64,000 nucleotides of DNA. Source: Bacillota bacterium (GTDB lineage Bacteria; Patescibacteriota; Minisyncoccia; Phycocordibacterales; Phycocordibacteraceae). The notes under the pieces were generated by a model. That model was given only the letters and a program-made list of their open reading frames with translations, ran no database searches and was not told the origin of the DNA. This document shows positions 36,412 through 45,627 of this stretch, in pieces (position 1 is the first letter of the stretch; the number at the start of each line of letters is the position of its first letter). The DNA is taken from assembly GCA_050260455.1 (NCBI GenBank), contig JBLNCF010000010.1:37653-101652 (forward strand). The letters run 5' to 3'. Both the position numbers and the translations under genes were made by a program.

Positions 36412-38139
36412 CTACTGGGTTACCGCGCGATCAGGGGGCACATCGTAATAGTTTATCAAAAAGTGCGTAAGGTCCATGAAGGGATGGGTGAGGGTCTCCG
36501 AGGCATACTGCACACCCTTCGGTTCCTTCGTATAGAGAAGGATGATGTATTTCGGATCCGATGCCGGGAAATAGCCAAAGAACGAGTGGAAGTAGAGTCC
36601 GGGTGCATACTTCCCTCCCGGCCCCGCCACCTGCGCGGTACCAGTCTTTGCAGCAACGCTCATCTCCGGAATCTTAACCGTGCCGTTAGCCAGCTTCGTA
36701 TCAACCACCTTTACCAGCATAGTTGTCGTCTCATCGACAGATTTCGGAGAGAATACCTGTTCTGACTTGCCCCAGGAAAGGGTCTTCACAATGCCGTTCT
36801 CAAGGCGCACTCCGCGCACGACATGTGGTGTCACCACTTCCCCATGATTGGCGAGTGCACCAAGTGCCTTGATCATCTGTACGGGCGTTTCCGCAATACC
36901 CTGTCCGAACGATGCCGTATCGTACTCGATGTCACGGGGACTCGTCTTAATGTTGTTGATATTGCCCGCCACTTCACTCGGCAAATCGATGCCAGTCTCG
37001 GTACCAAAACCCAGGTGCTCGAAATAAGTACGGAAGCGTTCATGCCCCACCCGAGTGGCAATCCACGCAGCTCCCACATTGAGTGACTGCGAGAGCACTT
37101 CCTGCATAGGCGTGTTGGGCCCACGCGGCTTCAAGTCATAGTTACAGAACGTACTCTTATTTACCGTCGTACAACCCGTATCGTTATACGTCGAATCAGG
37201 AGTGATGACACCCGAATCGAGACCGGCCGTCATAGTAAGGGGTTTCATAATGGAACCGAACTCGTACTGGTGCTGAACGAGCGGGTTGCCGAAATACGCC
37301 GCATCCGCATGAGCGAAGTCATTCGGGTCAAAGGACGGATACGTATCGAGTGCGATGATCTCGCCGGTCTTCGGATCCATGATGATGCCGCCGGTCTCCT
37401 GACTCGAGTACTCTCGATTTGTAGCCGCGAGCACCTGATCGAGTTTTTCCTGCACGATCGGATCAATGCTGGTCACCAGATCTCCTTGACGCGATGCACG
37501 AGCATCCACCACTACGTTATCAAGATTCGCGAACAGCTCCGCAAAGAAGTTGCCAAAAAGACCCGTTCCATCACGCTCCAAAACATCGTCGTAATAACGT
37601 TCAAGTCCAAAGCGTCCGGCAAGGCTGTTATCGTTATCGTACGCGACGAATCCCACCGATTGTGCAGCTTCACTCCCTGCAGGATAGGAGCGCCAACGTT
37701 CCCTCGTCACGGTGACGCCCGGAAGCTTGGCAGAACTAATAGCGGCACCTGCCGTTTCAGGCACATGCTGTGCGATTACCTCATAGGGATCGTCCTGCTT
37801 GGTTGCTGATGTTATGAAGGCATCGTGGTCGATAGGAACGATGGCATTCAGCTTGGCATAGGTCCCCTCTGCGTCTTTCACGAGGGATGGATTGATGGAA
37901 ACAATGAAGCCGGTCGCAAGCGTGGCTGCTGAAAGAAGTGTTCCGTCTTTGCGCGTGAAATAGATACTCCCCCGGTCATACAACTCCTGGCTTGAATTCA
38001 GGTATTGCCGATCAGCACGCAACGCGAAATCACGCCCGTGTACGATCTGTACGAAATAGAGGCGAAGGATGAGAAGAAGCGCAATGAGGAGAATCCCGGC
38101 GGAGAGTATGCGTAATCGGCCTCTCACCGCCTTCTTCAT
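36412..38139 (-). CDS. ftsI: penicillin-binding protein (FtsI/PBP3-type transpeptidase)
   Basis: N-terminal TM helix, SIMKP (SxxK) motif, dcw-cluster context. Confidence 0.85.
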   Translation of the reverse strand: MKKAVRGRLRILSAGILLIALLLILRLYFVQIVHGRDFALRADRQYLNSSQELYDRGSIYFTRKDGTLLSAATLATGFIVSINPSLVKDAEGTYAKLNAIVPIDHDAFITSATKQDDPYEVIAQHVPETAGAAISSAKLPGVTVTRERWRSYPAGSEAAQSVGFVAYDNDNSLAGRFGLERYYDDVLERDGTGLFGNFFAELFANLDNVVVDARASRQGDLVTSIDPIVQEKLDQVLAATNREYSSQETGGIIMDPKTGEIIALDTYPSFDPNDFAHADAAYFGNPLVQHQYEFGSIMKPLTMTAGLDSGVITPDSTYNDTGCTTVNKSTFCNYDLKPRGPNTPMQEVLSQSLNVGAAWIATRVGHERFRTYFEHLGFGTETGIDLPSEVAGNINNIKTSPRDIEYDTASFGQGIAETPVQMIKALGALANHGEVVTPHVVRGVRLENGIVKTLSWGKSEQVFSPKSVDETTTMLVKVVDTKLANGTVKIPEMSVAAKTGTAQVAGPGGKYAPGLYFHSFFGYFPASDPKYIILLYTKEPKGVQYASETLTHPFMDLTHFLINYYDVPPDRAVTQ

Positions 38140-38147
38140 ATCCTCGA

Positions 38148-38486
38148 TTAGTTGCCGGCGAACGTAAGGCCCTGTGCTGGTTTAGCGACTGCGTACTGTA
38201 CGACAGCCGGGTGTACGAGGCCGACACTTGCGGGCGAGGTTTCGTTCTGCTTTGCGATAGCGGCGTAATAGTCACGCTCGAGTTGCGCGATCGCTCCTTC
38301 GCGGGAGCGTACCTGTGCAGCCAGAGATGTCTGCATCGTTGCAAGACTGATTGTGACGATGACCAGCACGATGTATATCGCGAATATCGCTCCGGCGAGG
38401 TACATGAGCGTCGCGATGGTCTGGTCTGGCATGGAGGGAATGACGAGAGCCTGCGAGCGTCCGCGAGAATGAGTACGATTAGACAT
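38148..38486 (-). CDS. ftsL: cell division protein FtsL-like (bitopic, coiled coil)
   Basis: Position between rsmH and ftsI; TM helix plus coiled coil. Start is uncertain (38486 or 38432). Confidence 0.5.
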   Translation of the reverse strand: MSNRTHSRGRSQALVIPSMPDQTIATLMYLAGAIFAIYIVLVIVTISLATMQTSLAAQVRSREGAIAQLERDYYAAIAKQNETSPASVGLVHPAVVQYAVAKPAQGLTFAGN

Positions 38487-39429
38487 AAAGATGCATGCTA
38501 GTTGGTTTGGTAATGCAGACGCCTTCGCCGTTGCAGCGTTCGAACACTCGCAGCTTCGCGCTTCGGGCCCGCGGATTGGCTGCAAGTTCTTCCGTCGAGG
38601 GCACGACCGGCTTACGAGTCACGACGGTTCCTCGTCCCGCATATGCCGCATCCTTCATGAGGCCTTTCACGATGCGGTCTTCAATGCTATGGAACGTGAT
38701 GACTGAAATGCGACCGCCTTCGGTCAAACGGGATAGTGCAGCTTCCATGCCGTCACGCAACGCACCAAACTCATCGTTGGTGGCGATGCGAAGTGCCTGG
38801 AAGGTTTTCGTGGCCGGATGAAGGCGGCGATGTTGGTACCAAGCAGGAGTACCCCGCGTTACCGCGTCAGCGAGTTGAAGTGTGGTGAGAATACGTTCTT
38901 TCTTGCGGATTTCCACGATGGAACGAGCAATGCCGCGAGAGAACCGTTCTTCGCCGTAGGTGTAGATGAGGTCAGCGAGTTCCTCTTCCGGAAGGCCGTT
39001 CACGAGATCGGCAGCGGTCTTCCCTTCTTCAGGATCTCCGTAGGTCATAAGGAGCGGCTCATCCACCCGGAATGAGAAACCGCGTCCAGCAGAAAGCTGG
39101 AAGGCGTTCCATCCGAGATCGAAGAGTGCTCCGTCGATGCAGGAGATACCGAGATCGTCGAGAATACGTCCGAGGTTGCGGAAGTTGTCCCGCACGAGGT
39201 GCATGGAAGGACCCTTCCCCGCCATTTCAGCGACCACCTGCTCCCCCCGCTCTATGGACGCCTGATCGGCATCAATACCAATAAGTGTTCCGGAGGGACC
39301 AAGCGCGATGGCGAGTTCACGGAAATGCCCTGCCGCGCCCAAGGTTCCATCAACGATCGTGTCACCAGGAGCCGCATGGAGCGCCTCGACGGCTTCGTGA
39401 AGGAGAACGGTGTCGTGGCGCTGCTCCAT
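38479..39429 (-). CDS. rsmH: 16S rRNA m4C1402 methyltransferase RsmH (MraW)
   Basis: GTLGAAGHFRE SAM motif and ITFHSIEDRIVK. Confidence 0.85.
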   Translation of the reverse strand: MEQRHDTVLLHEAVEALHAAPGDTIVDGTLGAAGHFRELAIALGPSGTLIGIDADQASIERGEQVVAEMAGKGPSMHLVRDNFRNLGRILDDLGISCIDGALFDLGWNAFQLSAGRGFSFRVDEPLLMTYGDPEEGKTAADLVNGLPEEELADLIYTYGEERFSRGIARSIVEIRKKERILTTLQLADAVTRGTPAWYQHRRLHPATKTFQALRIATNDEFGALRDGMEAALSRLTEGGRISVITFHSIEDRIVKGLMKDAAYAGRGTVVTRKPVVPSTEELAANPRARSAKLRVFERCNGEGVCITKPTSMHLYV

Positions 39430-39433
39430 AGGA

Positions 39434-39868
39434 TTAGAGAGCTCCCGTAGAGCCGAGACGCTCTGCAAACTCGTCCGCATCGCGCTCGATGGCCTTGGTG
39501 TATGCAGCCCAGGCCTTTTCGTCCCACACTTCGACCCGATCATTAACGCCCGCAACCACACTCTTTTCCTTCAAGGTGGCGAAGGAACGGAGGTAGTCAG
39601 GAATAAGGATGCGTCCTGCGCTGTCGACGTCTGCTTCGACGGCGCCTGCAAGCATAAGGCGGGAGAGACCGCGTCCCGCACTCGAACCGGTGGAGTGCAC
39701 AGCAATTCGCTCTGCTTGCTTCTTCCAGGCAGCTTTGGGATACACGAACAGACATCGGTCGAGACCGCGCGTCACGATGACACTCGAACCGAGCTCCTTA
39801 CGGAACTTTGAGGGTAGCGATATGCGGTTCTTGCTGTCGAACGTATGACGGTATTCGCCGATGAACAT
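39434..39868 (-). CDS. mraZ: transcriptional regulator MraZ
   Basis: MFIGEYRHTFDSKNRISLP... duplicated MraZ fold. Confidence 0.85.
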   Translation of the reverse strand: MFIGEYRHTFDSKNRISLPSKFRKELGSSVIVTRGLDRCLFVYPKAAWKKQAERIAVHSTGSSAGRGLSRLMLAGAVEADVDSAGRILIPDYLRSFATLKEKSVVAGVNDRVEVWDEKAWAAYTKAIERDADEFAERLGSTGAL

Positions 39869-39920
39869 AGGTATCGTGAGGGGTGCGGAATGCGCCGGAA
39901 AGAAGAAGAAAACGGCATAT

Positions 39921-39987
39921 CCCACTTCATCCCACTAGTATGGAATTATATGCCACTTTCTCCCACCGAACGGCACGTTATCCCCAC
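39921..39987 (-). promoter_or_regulatory. MraZ-box array (GTGGGA repeats at ~10/21/41-bp phasing) overlapping a -10 TATAAT
   Basis: CCCAC on the + strand at 39921, 39931, 39962 and 39983. TATAAT on the minus strand at 39944-39949. Confidence 0.6.
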
Positions 39988-40039
39988 GCCCGTGAAGGCA
40001 CAGTGAAGGGTGTTGTGCACCTTTCCGTACGGTCCCGCT

Positions 40040-40067
40040 TTGACAGAAATTCATGCGGGCATATACT
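40040..40067 (+). promoter_or_regulatory. strong sigma70 promoter TTGACA-16-TATACT
   Basis: Seen directly in the sequence; it points away from mraZ. Confidence 0.6.
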
Positions 40068-40076
40068 GAGCCAGTA

Positions 40077-40178
40077 ATGACTCACGCGAACAACAATCTC
40101 CGCCGCTGGATCCTCGCGATCTTCGTCTACATCGGTCTTCTTCGACCGGTCGGAGTTTCGCTTGAGGTCTCCCAGTAA
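40077..40178 (+). CDS. leaderless 33-aa hydrophobic peptide (MTHANNNLRRWILAIFVYIGLLRPVGVSLEVSQ)
   Basis: The ATG lies ~10 nt after the -10 element. It has a single TM helix and is followed by a strong terminator. Not in the ORF track (<60 aa). Confidence 0.4.
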   Translation: MTHANNNLRRWILAIFVYIGLLRPVGVSLEVSQ

Positions 40179-40195
40179 GCAGGAAAACAGAGACT

Positions 40196-40240
40196 TGAAT
40201 CGAGCCCCCGACCAATCGGGGGCTCGATTCGTTTGTTCTT
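40196..40240 (+). terminator. 13-bp-stem hairpin plus T-tract (terminator or attenuator)
   Basis: GAATCGAGCCCCC-GACCAAT-CGGGGGCTCGATTC followed by GTTTGTTCTTT. Confidence 0.75.
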
Positions 40241-40268
40241 TCCCATTAACCAGCGCAACAAGGGAGAA

Positions 40269-41273
40269 ATGCGCATGACTACCAACGTACGATCCGACTG
40301 CCTCTCGGCACCGGTGCTCGACACTGAATACATCAGCACGGACGAGCAGCGTGCATACGAGGATCTGGTCACGTCGGAAGTGATCGAACGGCATGCGTCA
40401 TGGTCCTCTTCCACGCTGCGTGCCAACTGCCTCTTCCGTCACCTCTTCGGCCTACCCTCTCCAGTCATCGTCGTGGAGTTCCTGTCGAAACAGCCTGAAG
40501 CCCGCGACATGGTCGGGTGCAGGATGGACGCACGCGGCCTGGGCCTCGCTGAGCATCTCGGGATCCCTGTGCTCACACGGGTCGCTGAGGAGCTCGTCCG
40601 GCAGAATGTCCGTAGCGTGGCTCTCTGCCTTGCACCGAACCGGACGGCTACACGGGAGCATGACATCGCACGGGGCGTATTCCTCAAGACCGGCGTCGAG
40701 TTCAAGATCATCCAGTCCCCTCGGGAACTCCCGAGCGACTGCTACGCCTGGATGCACGGCAAACAGAACGAATTCGGCGAACTGGACAACTTCGTGGCTA
40801 CTGCATTCGAACGCTCCATCTTCGGACCGTTCGAATACGCCCAGAATCGGCGATTTCTCATCGGCATCAACGGCGTAACACTCGCTCATCTGGGCTCGCC
40901 CGAGCAGGCGTACCTCAAGTACCCGGACGGCTTCCTTGCGGTCCATCTGCGTACCGGCAGGATCATGGAACGATACCGACCTGAACCTGATGTCCAGGCC
41001 ATCCGCGCCTACGAGGACTGGTACCAAGCCCGCGAACGGCTCCTGAGACTGACTCAATCGTCAGCCGCAATGGAGTGCCTCGTGCAGGAACGGCGCCCGG
41101 TAACGAGCTTCAAGCACGGTGGGGTCACCCATCACGAGCACCGCCATCTGTGCTTCGTGGTCAGCGAGAAGAAATTCAAGCTGGTCGGCGGGTATGCGCT
41201 TGCGGGTCCACGCGGTACGCCACTGCGATTCGATGGTACCGCGCTGGTACGTCCCCTCAAACTTGCCGCATGA
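40269..41273 (+). CDS. hypothetical cytoplasmic protein (334 aa)
   Basis: AGGGAGA SD before the ATG at 40269. No family recognised; His-rich patch HHEHRH near the C-terminus. Confidence 0.6.
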   Translation: MRMTTNVRSDCLSAPVLDTEYISTDEQRAYEDLVTSEVIERHASWSSSTLRANCLFRHLFGLPSPVIVVEFLSKQPEARDMVGCRMDARGLGLAEHLGIPVLTRVAEELVRQNVRSVALCLAPNRTATREHDIARGVFLKTGVEFKIIQSPRELPSDCYAWMHGKQNEFGELDNFVATAFERSIFGPFEYAQNRRFLIGINGVTLAHLGSPEQAYLKYPDGFLAVHLRTGRIMERYRPEPDVQAIRAYEDWYQARERLLRLTQSSAAMECLVQERRPVTSFKHGGVTHHEHRHLCFVVSEKKFKLVGGYALAGPRGTPLRFDGTALVRPLKLAA

Positions 41274-41295
41274 CGCTCTCGGGAGCAGAATCGGC

Positions 41296-41331
41296 GAAGG
41301 CGGTCCGTGAGGACCGCCTTCTTCTTTTTTC
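41296..41331 (+). terminator. rho-independent terminator
   Basis: GAAGGCGGTCC-GTGA-GGACCGCCTTC followed by TTCTTTTTTC. Confidence 0.8.
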
Positions 41332-41339
41332 AATTCTCG

Positions 41340-41810
41340 TTAGGAAACTTTCTCTATCGAATAGGTTTGTTTGCCGTTAGGCGTCTCGAAGGTGAAGACC
41401 TCCCCTTTCTTCTTGCCCATGATGGCTGCACCGAGCGGCGAGACGTGGGAGAGCTTGCGTGCGCGCATGTCCGCTTCTTCAGAACCGACGATGGTGTATT
41501 CGTGCGACTCGCCTCCTCCCTCTTTCTTAATGACCACCGTGGAGCCGAAGCCGACGACGTCCTTCTTCTTGCCGTCAGTCATGATATGCGCACGCTTCAC
41601 GAGCTCCTCGAGCTTCCTGATGCGCTCCTCGGTCGCAGCCTGAAGCTCGCGTGCTTCCTGATACTCTGCATTTTCCGAGAGATCTCCGAGCGAACGCGCG
41701 TACTCGAGATTCTTTGCAATCTCGGTGCGGCGCACGGTCTTCAAGTTCTCGAGCTCTGCGAGCATCTCATCGAACTTCTCCTGGCTTACGATCGTGTCCT
41801 GGTCGGTCAT
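41340..41810 (-). CDS. greA: transcription elongation factor GreA
   Basis: Full-length GreA pattern (LGDLSENAEY...). Confidence 0.9.
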   Translation of the reverse strand: MTDQDTIVSQEKFDEMLAELENLKTVRRTEIAKNLEYARSLGDLSENAEYQEARELQAATEERIRKLEELVKRAHIMTDGKKKDVVGFGSTVVIKKEGGGESHEYTIVGSEEADMRARKLSHVSPLGAAIMGKKKGEVFTFETPNGKQTYSIEKVS

Positions 41811-41876
41811 TGTAAATCTGCTGTCTGCTAATGGTAGGGATATTCTACGGGAGCGCTGGGGGGCGTCAATGACCGG

Positions 41877-43547
41877 CTACCTGAAGTATTCAGGTGCGCT
41901 CTGATGGAGCTCCGACAAGGCCTGATGCGTGGCGTAAATACCACCTAATGAGTTCCCTGCCGGGCCTTTTTCCATCACCACGACATAGACGTATTTCGGG
42001 TGCTCATACGGGAAAAATCCCACTGCCCAGGAGTTGTAGTACTCGTTATGGAAGCCGAGCTGCGCGGTACCCGTCTTGCCCGCCACATGGACGAATGAAA
42101 GGTCAGAAATACCGATGGAGGTACCTTCGGTGGCGCCCTGCCGCATACCCTCGCGTACCACCTGCAGCTGTTGTGGAGACACGGCAATCGACTCGCCTTG
42201 CGGCATTTGGCCTGCAAGGATGGTGGGCTTCATGAGTTTTCCTCCGTTGGCCACCGCGGCGATGGCACGAGCCGCCTCAAGGGGTGTGACCTGCATGGAG
42301 TACTGACCGATAGCCACGTGGTACGTATCACCGATATTCCACGCCTCATTAAATCGCTTCTGCTTCCATGCCGGATCCGGAACAAATCCCGATGCTTCGC
42401 GTGGCAGTTCAATACCCGTCGGTTTAGTAAAGCCGAACGTCTCATACCAATACTTCAATCGGTCGATGCCGAGACCCTTTTGCGTACCATAGCCGCCACC
42501 CACCCGATAGAAATACACGTCCGAAGAAAAGGCGATGGCCTTACGCAGATCCTCTACACCAATGGCTTTCCAGTCCTTGAAGATGTTGGGGTGGGACGGG
42601 TCGTACGGATTCGGTATGGAAAGATAGCCAGGGTCATCAATCGTGAAGTCGGGCGTGACGACACCATCTGTGAGCGCGCCGGCAGCCTCGATAGGCTTCA
42701 CGATGGAACCAGGGGTGTAGAGACCAGAAACGGCACGATCGAGATAAGGCTGGCGAGAATCGGTCGAATAGCCGGCAATGACATCAGCTGGCCCACCAGC
42801 AGACAGTACGTTCGGATTGTATTCGGGATAGGACACCAGCGCGTGTATCTCACCCGTGTTTACGTCCATAAGAATTGCCGAGCCGCCCTGGAACGGGATC
42901 TTATCTGCCAACTGCGACACCGCATCGTAGAAGGCTGTTTGTGCGCGTGCATCAATGGCTAGCGTGAGGTTCTCTCCATTTACAGGAGGCGCCACCGTAC
43001 CTTCAGAGTGAGTAGCACCGAGTGCATCCTCTTCCACTAGGAGTGTTCCGTTCTTTCCTGCGAGCGAATCATTGAATGCCGCTTCAATACCGGCGAGTCC
43101 GGTGATGTCGGTATCGTAATAATGTCCAGACTTGTCCTTCTTCGGATACGAGACGTATCCGAGCAGGTGTGCGAATCCGGGACTCTTGTAGAGGCGAACG
43201 ATAGAGCCATCATCCTTCTCATCGTTGGTGACAAGCGCAACTCCATTCCTGTCGAGAATGGCACCGCGCTGGGCGAATATGATGCTCGGTCGCAAACGAT
43301 TCTTCTCACTCTGCTCCGCATAGGTCTTCCCTTTCACAACCTCGAGATTCGCTGCTTGTGCAACGAGCGCACAAAACAGAAGTCCAAGTACAAGAAAGAT
43401 TCCCGCAAACGCACGTTCCGAGATGGGTCGCTCCAGACGACCTTCGAGGCGGCCGCGGTCGAAGTCAGGGAGATTAGAAGAGTCGAGGAATATCTCGTCT
43501 GGTGCTAGCTCCAAATTGCGCCGCATGCGCCTTCGCCACCACTTCAT
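41877..43547 (-). CDS. mrdA: penicillin-binding protein 2 (elongasome transpeptidase)
   Basis: GSIVKP (SxxK) and KTGTAQ motifs; downstream of mreBCD. Confidence 0.85.
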   Translation of the reverse strand: MKWWRRRMRRNLELAPDEIFLDSSNLPDFDRGRLEGRLERPISERAFAGIFLVLGLLFCALVAQAANLEVVKGKTYAEQSEKNRLRPSIIFAQRGAILDRNGVALVTNDEKDDGSIVRLYKSPGFAHLLGYVSYPKKDKSGHYYDTDITGLAGIEAAFNDSLAGKNGTLLVEEDALGATHSEGTVAPPVNGENLTLAIDARAQTAFYDAVSQLADKIPFQGGSAILMDVNTGEIHALVSYPEYNPNVLSAGGPADVIAGYSTDSRQPYLDRAVSGLYTPGSIVKPIEAAGALTDGVVTPDFTIDDPGYLSIPNPYDPSHPNIFKDWKAIGVEDLRKAIAFSSDVYFYRVGGGYGTQKGLGIDRLKYWYETFGFTKPTGIELPREASGFVPDPAWKQKRFNEAWNIGDTYHVAIGQYSMQVTPLEAARAIAAVANGGKLMKPTILAGQMPQGESIAVSPQQLQVVREGMRQGATEGTSIGISDLSFVHVAGKTGTAQLGFHNEYYNSWAVGFFPYEHPKYVYVVVMEKGPAGNSLGGIYATHQALSELHQSAPEYFR

Positions 43548-43795
43548 GCGCCCATGATACGCGTTTCGATGAAGCGATGCACGACGTATCCGATCACGCT
43601 TGCAGCACTACCCGCGAGCGTGGCATACGGGAGCGGTATCGAAGGCACGTGATAGAGGCCATCCGCGATCACCCCGGCTAGCAGGCCCGCAGGCGGCACG
43701 ATGACACTCGCCCCAAGCACAAGGAGGAACGCCAGGGCTGCCGGAAAAAGGAGTGGCGAGAGGATAGCGACTAAGAGTGCGAGAGCCGTACGCAT
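43544..43795 (-). CDS. mreD: rod shape-determining protein MreD-like (small, polytopic)
   Basis: Position and hydrophobicity only. Start is uncertain: the longer ORF to 43942 would overlap mreC. Confidence 0.4.
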   Translation of the reverse strand: MRTALALLVAILSPLLFPAALAFLLVLGASVIVPPAGLLAGVIADGLYHVPSIPLPYATLAGSAASVIGYVVHRFIETRIMGA

Positions 43796-43796
43796 A

Positions 43797-44597
43797 TTAC
43801 CGACCGATGGTAACCCACGTGAGGGAGAAGAGATTCGTATACGGGGCAATACGGAGAGCCATCGACGGAGAAGAAGGATCAGCGTCCACGCGTACCACCG
43901 TACCGATGGGAAGTGCACCCGGTCCCGGCACGTACACCACATCGTTCACCGCCACTTGGCTTTCCCGCGGCATGGTAGCAATGAACGCACCCGCACCTTT
44001 ACCCGTGAGCGTTACGGGGATGCGCTTTTCCCCTACCCAACCGTCAATTGTCCTGCCGCCCGCAGAAAACAGGAAGATGCGCGACGATCGCTCGGATACA
44101 CTATCGACCGTGCCAAGGGGTGTTCCTCCAGGCCCGTACGCATACGCACCCTGCGTGACCCCCCGAGACGATCCAGCATCAACTACCAGCGTGTCGTAGG
44201 AAGAAACGGGTGGACGAGCAAGCACACCCGCAAGGATGCTTTCCGGAGCTGCCGCGCGCCCTCCAAGCAAACGTTCAAGGTCAGTGGTCTTTGCACGAAG
44301 CATACGATTCTCTTCGTTTGCCGCCATATTTTCAGCAATGAGACGATCGCGATCTCGGGCGAGTGCAACGGCGTTACCAAATGGAGCGGTCGCATGCTCA
44401 ATACCACTTGAGAGTGCATCTCCTACTTTCCATGCGGGAGTAGCTATGAGCGTAAGCGCATCGGGTGCAAAGAAATGGAGTAGAGCAACAAGAAGAGCAA
44501 CAACGCCGACAATCATACCAACGAGAATGCCCCTCGATGGAATGAGGACGTTGCGGTGACGGTACGAATTAGCGTTCCGAGATGATCGCATCTTCAT
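43797..44597 (-). CDS. mreC: rod shape-determining protein MreC
   Basis: N-terminal TM helix, coiled coil, MreC beta-domain (GxxVVxxG pattern). Confidence 0.8.
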   Translation of the reverse strand: MKMRSSRNANSYRHRNVLIPSRGILVGMIVGVVALLVALLHFFAPDALTLIATPAWKVGDALSSGIEHATAPFGNAVALARDRDRLIAENMAANEENRMLRAKTTDLERLLGGRAAAPESILAGVLARPPVSSYDTLVVDAGSSRGVTQGAYAYGPGGTPLGTVDSVSERSSRIFLFSAGGRTIDGWVGEKRIPVTLTGKGAGAFIATMPRESQVAVNDVVYVPGPGALPIGTVVRVDADPSSPSMALRIAPYTNLFSLTWVTIGR

Positions 44598-45627
44598 GCA
44601 TGAAAGCTTCGGCCCACGGGCGCGGATCCTCGGTCACAATACCGGCACCACGCACCACGGCCGTAAGAGGATCAGGAGCAACGTGCACGGGCACTCCGAG
44701 CATCTTTGCGAGAAGCTCCGGAAGACCGCGCAACAAAGCACCGCCACCAAATACGGTCACTCCGTGCTGGAGCACATCAGAAAGAAGTTCAGGCGGTGTG
44801 TTCTCGATGACCTCCTTCATGGTCTCCATCAAACTGTCGAGTGAGGGCGCAAGTGCCTCGCGAACATGCGAGTCGGTGAGGGTAATCTCCCGTGGCAGGC
44901 CCGTGGCAAGATCGCGACCGCGTAGTGCACGCTCGAGCGGCTCTTCGAGCGGCAGGACCGCACCAATAGCAATCTTGGTGTCCTCCGCCGTCTTTTCTCC
45001 AATAGCGAGCTGAAATTCACTCCGCACGAAATCGATAATGTTCTCATTGAAACGATCGCCAGCGACCTGCGACGACTTGCCCGAGACTGAACCGCCGAGT
45101 GCAAGCACCGCAATATCGGTGGTGCCTCCACCAATATCGAGCACCATAGTGCCGACTGGTTCAGTAATAGGAAGCTTTGCGCCGATAGCTCCTGCCATGG
45201 GCTCTTCCATGATATAGACCTCGCGCGCGCCCGCCGTGAGCGCCGCATCGCGCACTGCACGACTCTCCACGTTGGTGACCCCTGTGGGCACCCCAATGAC
45301 CACACGCGGTCCGAGAAGACGAGAACGGCCACCCTGTGCCTTATTGATGAGATACGCGAGAAGTTCCTCCGTGACTTCGAAGTCCGAGATCACCCCATGT
45401 GACAGCGGACGCACGGCACGAATGTGCGACGGGGTCTTGCCGAGCATCACCTTCGCCTCCTTCCCCACCGCGACCACCTGGCCGGTCTTGTCGTTAAGTG
45501 CAACTACCGATGGCTCGTCGATGACAATGCCGCGACCACGCACATACACAAGCGTGTTAGCAGTACCGAGGTCGATGCCGATATCGCTCGAGAAGAGCGA
45601 GTTGCGTGAGAAGCGTTTCTTAGCCAT
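44569..45627 (-). CDS. mreB: rod shape-determining protein MreB
   Basis: IGIDLGTANTLVYV, DIGGGTTD actin-fold motifs. Confidence 0.9.
   Translation of the reverse strand: MAKKRFSRNSLFSSDIGIDLGTANTLVYVRGRGIVIDEPSVVALNDKTGQVVAVGKEAKVMLGKTPSHIRAVRPLSHGVISDFEVTEELLAYLINKAQGGRSRLLGPRVVIGVPTGVTNVESRAVRDAALTAGAREVYIMEEPMAGAIGAKLPITEPVGTMVLDIGGGTTDIAVLALGGSVSGKSSQVAGDRFNENIIDFVRSEFQLAIGEKTAEDTKIAIGAVLPLEEPLERALRGRDLATGLPREITLTDSHVREALAPSLDSLMETMKEVIENTPPELLSDVLQHGVTVFGGGALLRGLPELLAKMLGVPVHVAPDPLTAVVRGAGIVTEDPRPWAEAFMHEDAIISER

Noticed and set aside
42171-42962. 263-aa plus-strand ORF
   Set aside because: Antisense inside the PBP2 (mrdA) gene, which carries SxxK and KTG motifs.
43544-43942. Full-length 132-aa mreD ORF
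   Set aside because: It would overlap mreC by 146 nt in another frame. A shorter start at 43795 is reported instead, with low confidence. A non-ATG start in between remains possible.
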